A stretch of DNA of 64,000 nt from contig CAVTNB010000003.1 in NCBI GenBank assembly GCA_963736005.1, positions 128,001 to 192,000 on the forward strand, written 5' to 3'. The notes below the pieces were generated by a model. It searched no databases and was not told where the DNA came from. It was given only the letters and a program-made list of their open reading frames with translations. This DNA is from an uncultured Pseudomonadota bacterium. GTDB lineage: Bacteria; Vulcanimicrobiota; Vulcanimicrobiia; Eremiobacterales; Eremiobacteraceae. This document shows, piece after piece, positions 47,211 to 57,001 of this stretch (positions are counted from its first letter, which is position 1; each line of letters starts with the position of its first letter). The position numbers and the translations under genes are program-made.

Positions 47211-48563
47211 TTGCGGGTGAGCAGCATTTTGAAGTTCGGGCGAATGAGGCAAGCTTGGCGCCGTGTGACGGTCGACCTTCGTCGACCGACGACCTCTGAT
47301 GAGGGCGACAATGGCGAGATACCAGCCATGTGGCTCATGCTCGTGGCGATCGTTCCAGTGCTGTTGTGGTCTGCCGTCAACGCTCCACACGTTTCGCAAA
47401 CGTTTGCGAGCTTGCTCGCCGCTGCGGCGCTGCTGGAAATCGGCGCTCCCGATGCGGCAAGGTTTGGCCGGCGGATCATCGGCCCGGCATTTTGTATCGG
47501 CGTGGCCGGCTTCATTCTCTACGGCGCTCCTGTGGCAGTGCTTGTTGGCTGCGTGCGCGGCATCGTTCGCGCTGTCACGCGTCCTTCGACGCGGCTTGGC
47601 ACTGCGCAGGCGATCTGCTGGGCGATTCTTGCCCCACTCTTTGCAGCGCTGATCGCTTCGCTTGCGGCGAAGCATGCAACGCCTTTGTTTGGCGCCGCTG
47701 TGTTTGTCGTCGCGGCCTTTGGTCTCGAAGTCGGCGCTTCACTCCTGCGCTTTGCAGGTCCGGTGGGAACTGCGTCGGCAGATGGGTGGCGCGGCTTCTT
47801 CCCATGGTCGCCCCTCCAGTATGCGGCGTTTGGGCTCATCGGCTTTATGACCGCGGGAGAACTTTCTGCCGGCAGGCTCGGGGTGTTGCTCTTTTTGGCG
47901 GCCCCGTTCGCGATCGCGCGGGCCAGCCTCGGCGCGGCGGGTTGGGGCACCGAGCGCTACGTTGCGGCCCTCGAGCGCGAAAACGATTCGTTGCTCAATC
48001 GCATGGGGCAGTTCGATCGCGCAAACGGAGATTTGATCGAAGCGCTCGCGGTTGCCATTGACGAGCAAGATGGGCTTGAACGGGGCCACACCCGGCGTAT
48101 CTCGCAATTTGCCTCCCGCATGGGATCTGCACTCGGTATCAATGGCTGGAACCTTGAGATTCTGCGACGGGCGGCGCTGCTGCACGATGTAGGAATACTC
48201 GCGCTGCCGGCTGGCGAGCGCGGACCCGCGCACTGCGAACTTGGGTCGAGGCTGGTCGCCCGATGGCGAGACGGTCGCACGATTGCGCAAGTCATCGAAC
48301 AGCACCACGAACGGCCTGATGGCAGCGGATATCCGCGCGGACTGGTTGGAGATCAGATCGTGCTTGAGGCGAGAATCGTCGCCGTCGCCGAGGCGTTTGT
48401 ACGAATGACGGCCGGCCCGGCTGGGATGTCGACGCTTGACGCTCTCAACGAAATCACCGCACGAAAAGGTGCCGAGTTCGACCCGCAGGTGGTCGAAACG
48501 CTCGCCCAGGCAGTGGAGCTGCGGACAGCCGACGTGCTCCCAATGACCCGCCGCAACCGCTAA
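47211..48563 (+). CDS. Membrane-bound HD-GYP phosphodiesterase (start uncertain)
   Basis: TM region, HTRR, LLHDVG, HHERPDGSGYPRGL, FDP. Confidence 0.88.
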   Translation: MRVSSILKFGRMRQAWRRVTVDLRRPTTSDEGDNGEIPAMWLMLVAIVPVLLWSAVNAPHVSQTFASLLAAAALLEIGAPDAARFGRRIIGPAFCIGVAGFILYGAPVAVLVGCVRGIVRAVTRPSTRLGTAQAICWAILAPLFAALIASLAAKHATPLFGAAVFVVAAFGLEVGASLLRFAGPVGTASADGWRGFFPWSPLQYAAFGLIGFMTAGELSAGRLGVLLFLAAPFAIARASLGAAGWGTERYVAALERENDSLLNRMGQFDRANGDLIEALAVAIDEQDGLERGHTRRISQFASRMGSALGINGWNLEILRRAALLHDVGILALPAGERGPAHCELGSRLVARWRDGRTIAQVIEQHHERPDGSGYPRGLVGDQIVLEARIVAVAEAFVRMTAGPAGMSTLDALNEITARKGAEFDPQVVETLAQAVELRTADVLPMTRRNR

Positions 48564-48574
48564 CCACGATCGAA

Positions 48575-48686
48575 ATGTAGCGTCGCGAAGTGTCGCGAAT
48601 TTATTCGCGACGTGTGTCCCATGTAGTGTCGCGAATTTATTCGCGACGTTGTGCTTGGCGAGCGGACCTGAAGGTCCGCTGCTACA
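48575..48686. repeat. Mixed REP cluster (family-2 copies plus one family-1 copy)
   Basis: gtgtcgcgaatttattcgcgac twice, then gagcggacctgaaggtccgctgctaca. Confidence 0.85.
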
Positions 48687-49050
48687 CGGGATCGAGGCGG
48701 GGGCGCGAGGCTATAATCGCCTGCGGATCAGCTGTCTCGAGTTGCGCGAGCACCTGTCGCGCGTAGCTGCCGAGCGCGGCTTGATCGATCGCGCAGGGAG
48801 CGTTCTCTTTGTCCTCGAGCCGTCCGATGGCTCGCTCCAGCGTCGTGCGAGCGCCTCTCTTGTTGCCTTTGCTTAGATGATGGAATGCAGCCGCAAGCTG
48901 AATAAGGCCTCGCAGGCCGCGGTCGCGCGTTGCAATCCAGCGTGGTTCCAATGTCTCGTGCGCATCAAAGAAATGCTCGCTGTTCCAACATTCGATAAAG
49001 CGCATGAGGTCGGTTGCAGCACTCTTCTGAGCGGAATTTTCCGAGGTCAC
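48682..49050 (-). CDS. DUF309 family protein
   Basis: FFDAHETLE..W, GLIQLAAA.HH...GN..GA; GTG overlaps the hemL stop. Confidence 0.85.
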   Translation of the reverse strand: MTSENSAQKSAATDLMRFIECWNSEHFFDAHETLEPRWIATRDRGLRGLIQLAAAFHHLSKGNKRGARTTLERAIGRLEDKENAPCAIDQAALGSYARQVLAQLETADPQAIIASRPRLDPV

Positions 49051-50339
49051 GATAACGCCCGTTCGGCTGCCGCCAATGTTGCCTCGACATCCGCTTCGCT
49101 GTGCGACGCGGTCAAAAACATCAATTCCATCTGCGATGGCGGCAAGAGGATCCCTCGGTCCAGCATAGCGTGGTAGTAGCGCGCATAGGCCTTCGCATCC
49201 GCTTCCTTTGCCTCGCGCAGGTTGCGATGCGGCATCCCCGTTTGGAACATGAAATCTACCATCGAGGCGCATTGCACGACTGGGTATCCGAGATCGAGCG
49301 ATTCAATAATTGTCTCGAGACCTGCAGCCAGACGCCGCGCTAGGTCCTCGAGCTTGACGAAAAACTTCTCATCCGAGTCGATAGCATCTAAAAATGCATG
49401 CGCCGCAGCGACGCACGTTGGGTTTCCCGAGAACGTACCGCCGACAAAGACCGGGCCTCCCGGCGCCAAAGCGGCCATGATATCCGCTGCTCCCCCAAAA
49501 GCCGCAATGGGGAGTCCACCTCCCAGCATCTTGCCGATGCAAGTCAAGTCGGGTCTGATCTGATACGCACCCTGCGCACCGCTTCGACCAAGACGAAAAC
49601 CCGTGATCACTTCGTCGAAGATCAGGAGGGCGCCGATTGCTTGAGTTCGGTCGCGCAACGCTTGCAGATAATCAGGGTCGGGCAAGCAAAGGCCCATGTT
49701 CGCGGCGACCGGCTCGACGATGACCGCGCCGACGTCGTTGGCATGCTCGCGCAAGGCGAGGTCGAGTGCGGGCAGGTTATTGTACGGCACAATGATGACA
49801 TCGTCGACGACTCCTTGCGTCACGCCGGACTCGAGCGTCGCTGAGGACAGCGACGAGGCGCCGGCGCCAAAGATCATCTCGTCGCTGTGTCCGTGGTAGC
49901 AACCCGCGAAGCGAACGATTTTTTCTCTCCGGGTGACCGATCGAGCGACCCGTATCGCGCTCATGCACGCTTCGGTGCCGGTTGACACGAAGCGAACCCG
50001 CTCAATTGAGGGAAAACGCGTGCAGATGCGCTCGGCCAAACGCACCTCTTCAGGATGGGTTGCGCCAAATACCGCACCCTTTCGAATCGCAGAATCTACC
50101 GCTCGCGCAATGCGGCGGTCTGCGTGGCCAAGCAGGACCGGGCCATAGGCACACAGGTAGTCGATGTATTCGCGCCCCTCTGCGTCGAAAACGTGCGCGC
50201 CCTTTCCCGAAGTGATAAACGGGGTTGGCTCTCCAACCGGCAAGCCTGCTCGCACAGGCGAGTCGACGCCGCCTGCGAGAGATTCTCTCGCTTTTGCAAA
50301 ATCATCTGCGTTGGTCCGACGAGGAATGATTTGCCGCAT
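49047..50339 (-). CDS. hemL: Glutamate-1-semialdehyde 2,1-aminomutase
   Basis: GGVDSPVRA, GTEACM, GCYHGH, FDEVITGFR, GKMLGGGLP, GTFSGNP. Confidence 0.95.
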   Translation of the reverse strand: MRQIIPRRTNADDFAKARESLAGGVDSPVRAGLPVGEPTPFITSGKGAHVFDAEGREYIDYLCAYGPVLLGHADRRIARAVDSAIRKGAVFGATHPEEVRLAERICTRFPSIERVRFVSTGTEACMSAIRVARSVTRREKIVRFAGCYHGHSDEMIFGAGASSLSSATLESGVTQGVVDDVIIVPYNNLPALDLALREHANDVGAVIVEPVAANMGLCLPDPDYLQALRDRTQAIGALLIFDEVITGFRLGRSGAQGAYQIRPDLTCIGKMLGGGLPIAAFGGAADIMAALAPGGPVFVGGTFSGNPTCVAAAHAFLDAIDSDEKFFVKLEDLARRLAAGLETIIESLDLGYPVVQCASMVDFMFQTGMPHRNLREAKEADAKAYARYYHAMLDRGILLPPSQMELMFLTASHSEADVEATLAAAERALS

Positions 50340-50392
50340 GATTGCATTGGGTAGTCCGCAACGGCTGAGGTGACCTTCTGCGCTCGTGACCA

Positions 50393-50520
50393 AGCGGACC
50401 TAAAGGTCCGCTGCTACATGGGCCGCGGGTCGTAGAACGAAAAGCGGAGGCGGCATCCGTGCCGCCTCCGCGTCTGTTTCGCCCGTTCGCCGTGAGCGGA
50501 CCTAAAGGTCCGCTGCTACA
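50393..50520 (-). repeat. Two REP family-1 copies flanking a terminator
   Basis: agcggacctaaaggtccgctgctaca at about 50393 and 50495. Confidence 0.88.
50440..50471 (-). terminator. Intrinsic terminator after pilin cassette 2
   Basis: GCGGAGGCGGCA/TGCCGCCTCCGC stem plus TTTT. Confidence 0.8.
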
Positions 50521-50536
50521 CTAGCGCCCCGGCGCT

Positions 50537-52138
50537 CTATGTGCCTTGGTCGAGCCAGGCGACGATGTCATACTTGTTCGTGATTGGGAAGCCGGGCGGT
50601 GGATTCGCCGCCAAGCGCGCGTCGTAGACGTATTGCCGATCGAATCCGTGGACGGTCACACCACCGCTTGAGATGCCCATGGCGCCATTGACGTTTTGTA
50701 TCAAACCGCCGTGGAACGTGAACGTTCCCTCCACGCCACCGGTATAGTTCTTGTTCGAGAATGTACCATCGGTGCAGGGCGGGCACTCTCCAAAATATCC
50801 GGTGAGAATGTCTCCATCGAATTCGTAGCCGGTCGTGGTCGTCGAGTTCACGCTGATATCGTTCGCCCAGATGCCAAGCTCGTCGGTCGAGGTCGTGCTT
50901 TGGTCCTTATACAGGACGCCGGGCGCGCCGCCTTCGAGCGTAATGGTATGGGCGTTATTGGTTGAATAGTCAGGCACGGCGATCGAGAAATCTCCATGAA
51001 CCGTTCCGCTGTCGATGATCACGTTGCCATCATCGAAGATTGCACCATTTGCCGAGGTTGAACCAGCTTGCGGTTGGCCGGAAAGAACGCCGCTATACGT
51101 CACGCTGCACGAAGTAACGCAGCCGCTCGTTTGGGTGACCGTCGTGGTCATGCCGGTGTAGTCGATGGCCACGGTGTAGTTGGCGCCTATTCCATTCGCA
51201 CCGCCCGGGTTTTTGAGCGTCCATACTTCATTATTTCCGGAGTACGTGCCACAGCTTCCGCTGCAAGGCGTCATGGTGAGGTTGCCCTGTATGTACAGTC
51301 CGGATTGCAGCGCACCGGCAGGCCCAGCTATTGCGCTGTGCCCATTGATGTAGATGCCGTTGGCACCCGGCGTCGGCAGAGCACTATCGTGGCTGGAGTT
51401 ACCGTAGAATGCTTCGCTCGCATCAACCAGGTTATCTTGGAAGGTCGGCAGCTGCATCGGGTTTGTACCGATCTTGAGCGCGCCTTGTCCACCTGCCCCG
51501 GTCACTTGGTTCCAGTCGACGCTGCCATACGGTACCGATGACTTGCCGGCGCCTTGATAGAAGCTCGGCGTCGTTACCGTATTCACCGTGCTGTTAAAAA
51601 TTGACGCTCCTGGCGTCTGGTACCAGATGTTCATGGTTCCGCCGTTGTACACGGGCCCGTCAAAATGTTCCCCGGTCACGTAGTAGACGCTGCCAGAGTT
51701 GCCCGCCGTGAACTGTTCGAAGTACGAATACGGGGAACTCTTCACCAAGGCCAAAACCTGACGTTGCTGACCTGAATTGTCCTCAGTACCTGTCGACTGG
51801 ATCAGGTAGTACACAAGACCGCTCGAACTGTTCCACGTGCTCGTGACTGATGCGCTATACGAGACCGTTGACGGAGCGGGATAGGTATAATTGATGGGTG
51901 ACGGAGCAGCGTGCCCCGGACCCGAGGCAGTCTCTTCAATCTGGAGCACCATGTCTTCAACGCCCGCATAAGCGCCGTTGAGCGCCTCGGCGCTGCGGCT
52001 ATGAGCACCGACGCTGTCGAGCTCCGCGATCATTTGCGACATGAGACCGCCGATCAACACGAGGAAGATCACGGTCATCAAGAGAGCGGTAATCAGCGCT
52101 ATACCGCGCTGCGTTCTACGATTTGAGTGGCGCTTCAT
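50537..52138 (-). CDS. Large PilX/GspK-like minor pilin (cassette 2)
   Basis: Class III signal QRG|IALIT without Glu5; A...A.AG motif; long beta-rich C-terminus ending PPGFP...IVAW. Confidence 0.8.
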   Translation of the reverse strand: MKRHSNRRTQRGIALITALLMTVIFLVLIGGLMSQMIAELDSVGAHSRSAEALNGAYAGVEDMVLQIEETASGPGHAAPSPINYTYPAPSTVSYSASVTSTWNSSSGLVYYLIQSTGTEDNSGQQRQVLALVKSSPYSYFEQFTAGNSGSVYYVTGEHFDGPVYNGGTMNIWYQTPGASIFNSTVNTVTTPSFYQGAGKSSVPYGSVDWNQVTGAGGQGALKIGTNPMQLPTFQDNLVDASEAFYGNSSHDSALPTPGANGIYINGHSAIAGPAGALQSGLYIQGNLTMTPCSGSCGTYSGNNEVWTLKNPGGANGIGANYTVAIDYTGMTTTVTQTSGCVTSCSVTYSGVLSGQPQAGSTSANGAIFDDGNVIIDSGTVHGDFSIAVPDYSTNNAHTITLEGGAPGVLYKDQSTTSTDELGIWANDISVNSTTTTGYEFDGDILTGYFGECPPCTDGTFSNKNYTGGVEGTFTFHGGLIQNVNGAMGISSGGVTVHGFDRQYVYDARLAANPPPGFPITNKYDIVAWLDQGT

Positions 52139-52770
52139 GGCTTATACCCCAATGCAACTTGTGTGTTGAGATCGTAAATGTTGTAAGCACCTGTGGTCGC
52201 TCTCGTCTGAAGGTCAACGTCAAAGAGAGTACCCGATATAGCGCTCACGCTAAAGCCGACGATGTTTCTGGCCAAGATGTCTGTGGTCACAGAAGCAGTC
52301 GAACAGTTTGTGTTTTGCACAAGCGATATGGTGCGCGTGATGGTCTCACCGACCGGATCGTACGTGAGGGTCACTTCATCGTAACACGGGACCGGATTCC
52401 CGTTTGAGTCGACTGGTATGGGCGACGCGGTCAAACCGGCACTGCCGTTGTCGACCCGGTAATACTCGATCGACGTGGACGTGCCAGGAGCGGTCGATGG
52501 CGGAGGCGCCGTTGGAGTGACGACCATTGGATACGGAGGCGTGGTGAAATCCGTCACGTCCGGCATGGCCTGACGCATTTCATTCGTCACCTTTGCCATT
52601 GAAATGCGAGCATTCGCTTCCGCGGTGATGTTCGCGCTCGTGAGGTTGTTGTGGTTGAAGACCATCGCGAACTCCACGACCGCGAGCGCCAGCACAAGCC
52701 CCATGATGGTCATGGAGATGAGCATCTCGACGATCGTGAAACCGCGACGGTTGTTGCGCTGGCTAATCAC
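52135..52770 (-). CDS. PilW/GspJ-like minor pilin (cassette 2)
   Basis: [15 protein letters not shown]. Confidence 0.85.
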   Translation of the reverse strand: MISQRNNRRGFTIVEMLISMTIMGLVLALAVVEFAMVFNHNNLTSANITAEANARISMAKVTNEMRQAMPDVTDFTTPPYPMVVTPTAPPPSTAPGTSTSIEYYRVDNGSAGLTASPIPVDSNGNPVPCYDEVTLTYDPVGETITRTISLVQNTNCSTASVTTDILARNIVGFSVSAISGTLFDVDLQTRATTGAYNIYDLNTQVALGYKP

Positions 52771-53507
52771 TGGATAACCGTCGGTTGTGGCGTTGGCGTC
52801 GGCGACGGCTTGACCGTCGGCGACGGCTTCACGGTCGGACTCGGCGTCGGTGTCGGCGACGGTTTCGGTGTCGGCGAGGGTTTCGGCGTCGGGCTCGGCG
52901 TCGGCGTCGGACTTGGCGTCGGCGTCGGTGACGGTGTGGGCGACGGTGACACAGGTGGCGGCGTGACCCCAGCCGAGTTCGGCGTTGGATCGTTGCGGTT
53001 CAGCTGATTGAGCTCAAAAACTTCGGGCGTGCCGGCATTACTGAGGGTGTTATCCGCGACCCAGACGCTCAAGTTTGCAGCGTTGGCATCACCGCTTTGC
53101 GAGCTGGCGTTCCACATGTACTCGTAGGTGCCGTGCGATGCGACGTTTGCGAATGGGCCGGTGACGCAGGTGGGCATGGGATGCCAAGTCGGCGACGCGA
53201 TGTTGTCATTGTACGCCGGCCATGCGACGCCGCACGGATCGCTCGTGCCAGGTGCTCCAGACCAGCTTCCCCCGATCAGCTCGATCGAAGTGTTCCAGAA
53301 ATTTGGATCCTGGCGCATGGTGTCGAGCAGATAATTTCCCATCGAGATCGTGATCCCGCGATTGTCTGCTGTTTTTTCTGCTTGCGTCGAAGCGATCATG
53401 TCGCCCGAGACAAAAAGAAATGCGAGCGTCAACACGACGGTCGCGACCAGAACCTCGATGAGGCTCGTGCCGCGTTGACGTTGCGGCGGCTTGGTTATTT
53501 TTGGCAT
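52767..53507 (-). CDS. PilV/GspI-like minor pilin with Pro/Thr/Ser tail (cassette 2)
   Basis: [10 protein letters not shown]; (PT/PS)n C-terminus. Confidence 0.82.
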   Translation of the reverse strand: MPKITKPPQRQRGTSLIEVLVATVVLTLAFLFVSGDMIASTQAEKTADNRGITISMGNYLLDTMRQDPNFWNTSIELIGGSWSGAPGTSDPCGVAWPAYNDNIASPTWHPMPTCVTGPFANVASHGTYEYMWNASSQSGDANAANLSVWVADNTLSNAGTPEVFELNQLNRNDPTPNSAGVTPPPVSPSPTPSPTPTPSPTPTPSPTPKPSPTPKPSPTPTPSPTVKPSPTVKPSPTPTPQPTVIQ

Positions 53508-53613
53508 AACAAACAATCTCCGGATGCGCAGTCTGGACACCTAATGTACATGAGACACAGATTAGACTTGTTTTCTTATTAGAAATCATCGGCTCCCTTA
53601 GATAAAGAGGAGG

Positions 53614-53629
53614 TGTGATGGCCGGCACA
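53614..53629. promoter_or_regulatory. CRP-like operator upstream of pilin cassette 2
   Basis: TGTGA-TGGCCG-GCACA. Confidence 0.5.
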
Positions 53630-53723
53630 TAGGAGCAAACGCATGCAATATGATGCGATTGTTGGCATTTAAACTGTGTTCGCGTGTGACAGGCGACATG
53701 CGACGTCATATGAGGAGGTGAAC

Positions 53724-53747
53724 GTAGCAGCGGACCTTAGGTCCGCT
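53724..53747 (+). repeat. REP family-1 copy
   Basis: gtagcagcggaccttaggtccgct. Confidence 0.85.
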
Positions 53748-53772
53748 TCACCAAGGCTGATCTTCCGTCAGC

Positions 53773-53804
53773 AAATAAAAAAGCGGCCGGCTCTTGGCCG
53801 GCCA
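53773..53804 (-). terminator. Intrinsic terminator after pilin cassette 1
   Basis: GGCCGGC/GCCGGCC stem followed by GCTTTTTT on the minus strand. Confidence 0.75.
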
Positions 53805-53823
53805 CCGTACAGCTCGCTGGATT

Positions 53824-55458
53824 TTATTGGCCCATATCTTCCCAAGCAATGATTTGAAGAGCACCCGTTGTCGGGTTGAATGGGGGTGGGGCCGTCGCAA
53901 ACCGAGAGTCGAAGTTGATGACGCGGGCGAACCCGTACTGGATTCCGCCGATGACTTCTCCCACCGCTCCTCGCGCGTTTTCGACGAGACTGCCGTTGAT
54001 ATTCAGAATTCCTTGGCTGCCACTCCCGCACCCAGTCTTGTTGCATCTGTTATTCTTGAAATAACCGCTGCTCCACGATTCGCCCGGGTATCCAGCGATG
54101 ATCGCGGAGTCAACAGTGAGGCCGGTACTCGTGTTCGATGCAAGAATGACGTCGTTCGCCCAGAGCGCCGTCTTGTCGTATGTGGCGGAGCCTGGGTCGT
54201 AAAACAGATTACCCAGCAGCGTGATGTCGTTCGCGTAACCAGAGTAGTCCGGGGTTACGAACGAATAATCTCCTTCAAGAGTAGTATCAGGTTGGCCGCC
54301 CCTACCAAGCTGGATATTGCCATTGGAGAAGATAGCCCCATTACCGGGATTCGTCACACCGGGTCCGGGCGCACCGCATGGGGTTCCGCTAAACGTGTGA
54401 GTCGCAACACCATGGGTCACGGTTGTTGCACCGCTGCAATCACCGCTTGAGTTGAAACCGCTGTAGTTGATCGTCACCTGATAGTCACCTGCCCATGGTC
54501 CGTAAATCTTTAGCGTATCAGTGTTGCCCGAAACCGTACTTGTAATCGTGGCCGTGCCAGAACTTCCCACGTTGATGTAGATTCCGGTGGTGTCGATGGG
54601 CGAGGTCGTGGACGCCGCATCTTTCCCACCCGAGGTGGAGCCGTCGATATAGACACCCGCGGGAACCGCGGGATACGAAGTCATCAAGCCGTCTCCTTCG
54701 TAGGCGTAGCTTGCGACCGAGATATTATCTTGCGGCTGAGGCAACGAAAGCGCGGTGCTGTTGACAGAGAAGCTACTGGATCCACCCGCGCTGACACTCG
54801 ACCATCCCCCACAGGTGGTTGGGTCGCATGGGGACCACACAGGCACGTTCCCTGTTTGAACCGATGCGCCGAAAATGGGCGTTACAGTGGGCGAAGGCGA
54901 GGCATAAGCGATGCGCATCGGTCCGCCCGAGTACACCGGACCATTGAAGTGCTGCGATGAGAGATACCAAACGGGATTGCCGTACTGGTTGACTTCATAG
55001 TTGGAGAAGCTCGCATAATCTGAAATCGGAACGCCCCTCGCGATCGCTCGCACACGCCTACTAATGTTTTCGCGGCCGTTGTCATACGTACCAATCGATG
55101 TAATAAGATAATAGTTTACTCCCTGCGCCGGATATGGGCCGGCCACCGTCGCGCTATAGCTTTCAGCCACAGGTGACGCGCCGGGTTCCGGATAGAAATA
55201 AACTATTGGGCCGCTAGGGAGTGGCTGCCTCAAATCCAGGTCGGTCTGAATCTGTTCCACCATCGCGTGTACCCCAGCATCTGCGCCTGCCAGTGCGCGA
55301 TTCGATACGGTAGCCATTTTTGTGCTGTTGAGTTCATTCGCCAACTGGGTGATCATGGCGCCTGCGAAGACGAGGAACACCAACAATAAGCCGACCACGC
55401 CAATAAGCGCCAGACCACGCTCTCTTTGATGTCGTGACGGACGGGTTGTTGTTCTCAT
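53824..55458 (-). CDS. Large PilX/GspK-like minor pilin (cassette 1), paralog of 50537..52138
   Basis: ERG|LALIG without Glu5; shared HF.GPVY.GG.M, LWAND, G.L..N..GA.G and PPP...I.AW.D.G motifs. Confidence 0.8.
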   Translation of the reverse strand: MRTTTRPSRHQRERGLALIGVVGLLLVFLVFAGAMITQLANELNSTKMATVSNRALAGADAGVHAMVEQIQTDLDLRQPLPSGPIVYFYPEPGASPVAESYSATVAGPYPAQGVNYYLITSIGTYDNGRENISRRVRAIARGVPISDYASFSNYEVNQYGNPVWYLSSQHFNGPVYSGGPMRIAYASPSPTVTPIFGASVQTGNVPVWSPCDPTTCGGWSSVSAGGSSSFSVNSTALSLPQPQDNISVASYAYEGDGLMTSYPAVPAGVYIDGSTSGGKDAASTTSPIDTTGIYINVGSSGTATITSTVSGNTDTLKIYGPWAGDYQVTINYSGFNSSGDCSGATTVTHGVATHTFSGTPCGAPGPGVTNPGNGAIFSNGNIQLGRGGQPDTTLEGDYSFVTPDYSGYANDITLLGNLFYDPGSATYDKTALWANDVILASNTSTGLTVDSAIIAGYPGESWSSGYFKNNRCNKTGCGSGSQGILNINGSLVENARGAVGEVIGGIQYGFARVINFDSRFATAPPPFNPTTGALQIIAWEDMGQ

Positions 55459-55460
55459 TT

Positions 55461-56090
55461 TTAGTCCTGGCCTCCGACGTATACGATGTCGTTCAGCGTA
55501 AAGGAGCAAGCATTGCCGGCGCAGTGTGAGTTGTTTCCCTCGCTGACCGTCAGCGTGAGATCGTAGCGATTCGAGCTCACCGGCGTTACCAAAAACTGCG
55601 TTACATTCGTGCCCAAGACGATTGTCGGCTCCACAATGCCCGAGGGCAATTGCGTGACAACTTCGTCGAGTTCGGTCTTGTTCAGCGGATTAAGTTGTAT
55701 CGTAACCAGCTCAAAGGGTGGGCACAATGCCGCGGCTGCGCATCCTGGCGGGGTTGTTGCCATGCCTCCCGCGCTCACGCGATAAAAGGTCACAAAATCC
55801 GCTGGGGTCGCTGACGGCGCCGGCAATGGTGACGCTACCGCTGGGGTTGCTACTGCCCCCGGAAAATCTACGTAATCAAAATACGCACTTCGCAAATGCG
55901 TTTCGACCTTTGACATGATGATTCGCGCCTGGGATTCGGCGTCTGTATTAGCTCGCGTGTGCAACGTGTGATCGACCACAGAGACGAACTCTAGACCAAG
56001 GAGCGTGAGAATCAGACCGAAGACCGCTACAACGGTGATCATCTCCACCAGCGTGAAGCCGTAGTTGCGGCGGTTGCGCATTTGTCTCAT
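55461..56090 (-). CDS. PilW/GspJ-like minor pilin (cassette 1)
   Basis: NYG|FTLVEMI, HLRSA. Confidence 0.85.
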   Translation of the reverse strand: MRQMRNRRNYGFTLVEMITVVAVFGLILTLLGLEFVSVVDHTLHTRANTDAESQARIIMSKVETHLRSAYFDYVDFPGAVATPAVASPLPAPSATPADFVTFYRVSAGGMATTPPGCAAAALCPPFELVTIQLNPLNKTELDEVVTQLPSGIVEPTIVLGTNVTQFLVTPVSSNRYDLTLTVSEGNNSHCAGNACSFTLNDIVYVGGQD

Positions 56091-56782
56091 TCAAACGTGC
56101 CCGAGGGGGTGGGAGAAGGTTTGGGCGTCGGGGTCGGCGTTGGGGTCGGTTTAGCGCTTGCCTTTGGCGACGGCGTTGGAGTCGGTGTTGGACTAACACA
56201 AACTCCCGAGCATGGCGTTTTTGTTACCTTTGGCGTTGGTGTCGGCGTGGGCAGCACTGGCGAATTCGAAGCTTGCGCATGAATATTAGTCCGCGTGCTG
56301 TCGACCTCGTAGATATCAGTGCGTCCACCCTCTTGGACTTGAACCCAGACGGTCAGCTGTGCGAGAGCCGGATCACCCCCCTGTTCCTGGGCGTTCCACA
56401 TGTACTGAAAAACAGGGGTGCCCACGAGGTCAGGAAACAACCCTAAGTTACTACCGTTCGGTGTGCACGCTGGGGCTGGGTGCCACGTTGGAGCCAATAT
56501 CGTGTCCGTGTACGGCGGGTATGCGTTGCCGCACGGATCGTCTGCGTTTGGGCCTATATCCCAATCTGGCTTCCAGAAAGTCGAATCATCGCGCATAACG
56601 CCTAAAAGGTAGTTTGCAGCATTCATAGTTTCCGAGCGCGTTGCGGAAACATTCTCCGCTTGCGACGACTGGATCAAATCAGCCGTGACAAAAAGGAAAA
56701 TGATCAGCAGCAGAGCGACTGCAACGAGAATTTCAAGGAGTGTTGTACCCCTATTTTGCTTGGGCGATTTCTGCCGACTCAT
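56087..56782 (-). CDS. PilV/GspI-like minor pilin with Pro/Thr tail (cassette 1)
   Basis: NRG|TTLLEIL; DPCG..P.Y.D.I..PTWHP and YMWNA shared with 52767..53507. Confidence 0.82.
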   Translation of the reverse strand: MSRQKSPKQNRGTTLLEILVAVALLLIIFLFVTADLIQSSQAENVSATRSETMNAANYLLGVMRDDSTFWKPDWDIGPNADDPCGNAYPPYTDTILAPTWHPAPACTPNGSNLGLFPDLVGTPVFQYMWNAQEQGGDPALAQLTVWVQVQEGGRTDIYEVDSTRTNIHAQASNSPVLPTPTPTPKVTKTPCSGVCVSPTPTPTPSPKASAKPTPTPTPTPKPSPTPSGTFE

Positions 56783-56838
56783 GCAGCGTAAGCTCCGGCT
56801 GATAAGGATCGTCGGGGAGTTGACCGGTTGGTCCAGTT

Positions 56839-56883
56839 CGTGAGCCCGGTCACACGCTCCTTGGGACTGTGATGGACGTCACT
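56839..56883. promoter_or_regulatory. Two CRP-like operators upstream of pilin cassette 1
   Basis: CGTGA-GCCCGG-TCACA (56839-56854) and TGTGA-TGGACG-TCACT (56868-56883). Confidence 0.6.
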
Positions 56884-56906
56884 TTGTTACATTTCATATG
56901 CGAAAA

Positions 56907-56991
56907 GGGCGACTTTACCGTCGCCCGGTACGGGGTGCGTGGGGCGATTTTCCAATCGCCCTATATGGGCGACTTTACAGTCGCCCCCTAC
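56907..56991 (-). repeat. Cluster of three REP family-3 palindromes
   Basis: gggcgactttaccgtcgccc, ggggcgattttccaatcgccc, gggcgactttacagtcgcccctac. Confidence 0.8.
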
Positions 56992-57001
56992 AGATCGGGG
57001 A

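Noticed and set aside
53608..53720. Two AGGAGGTG motifs and a 4-codon mini-ORF on the plus strand
   Set aside because: Neither leads to a plausible gene; the first overlaps the CRP-like box, so coincidence is likely.
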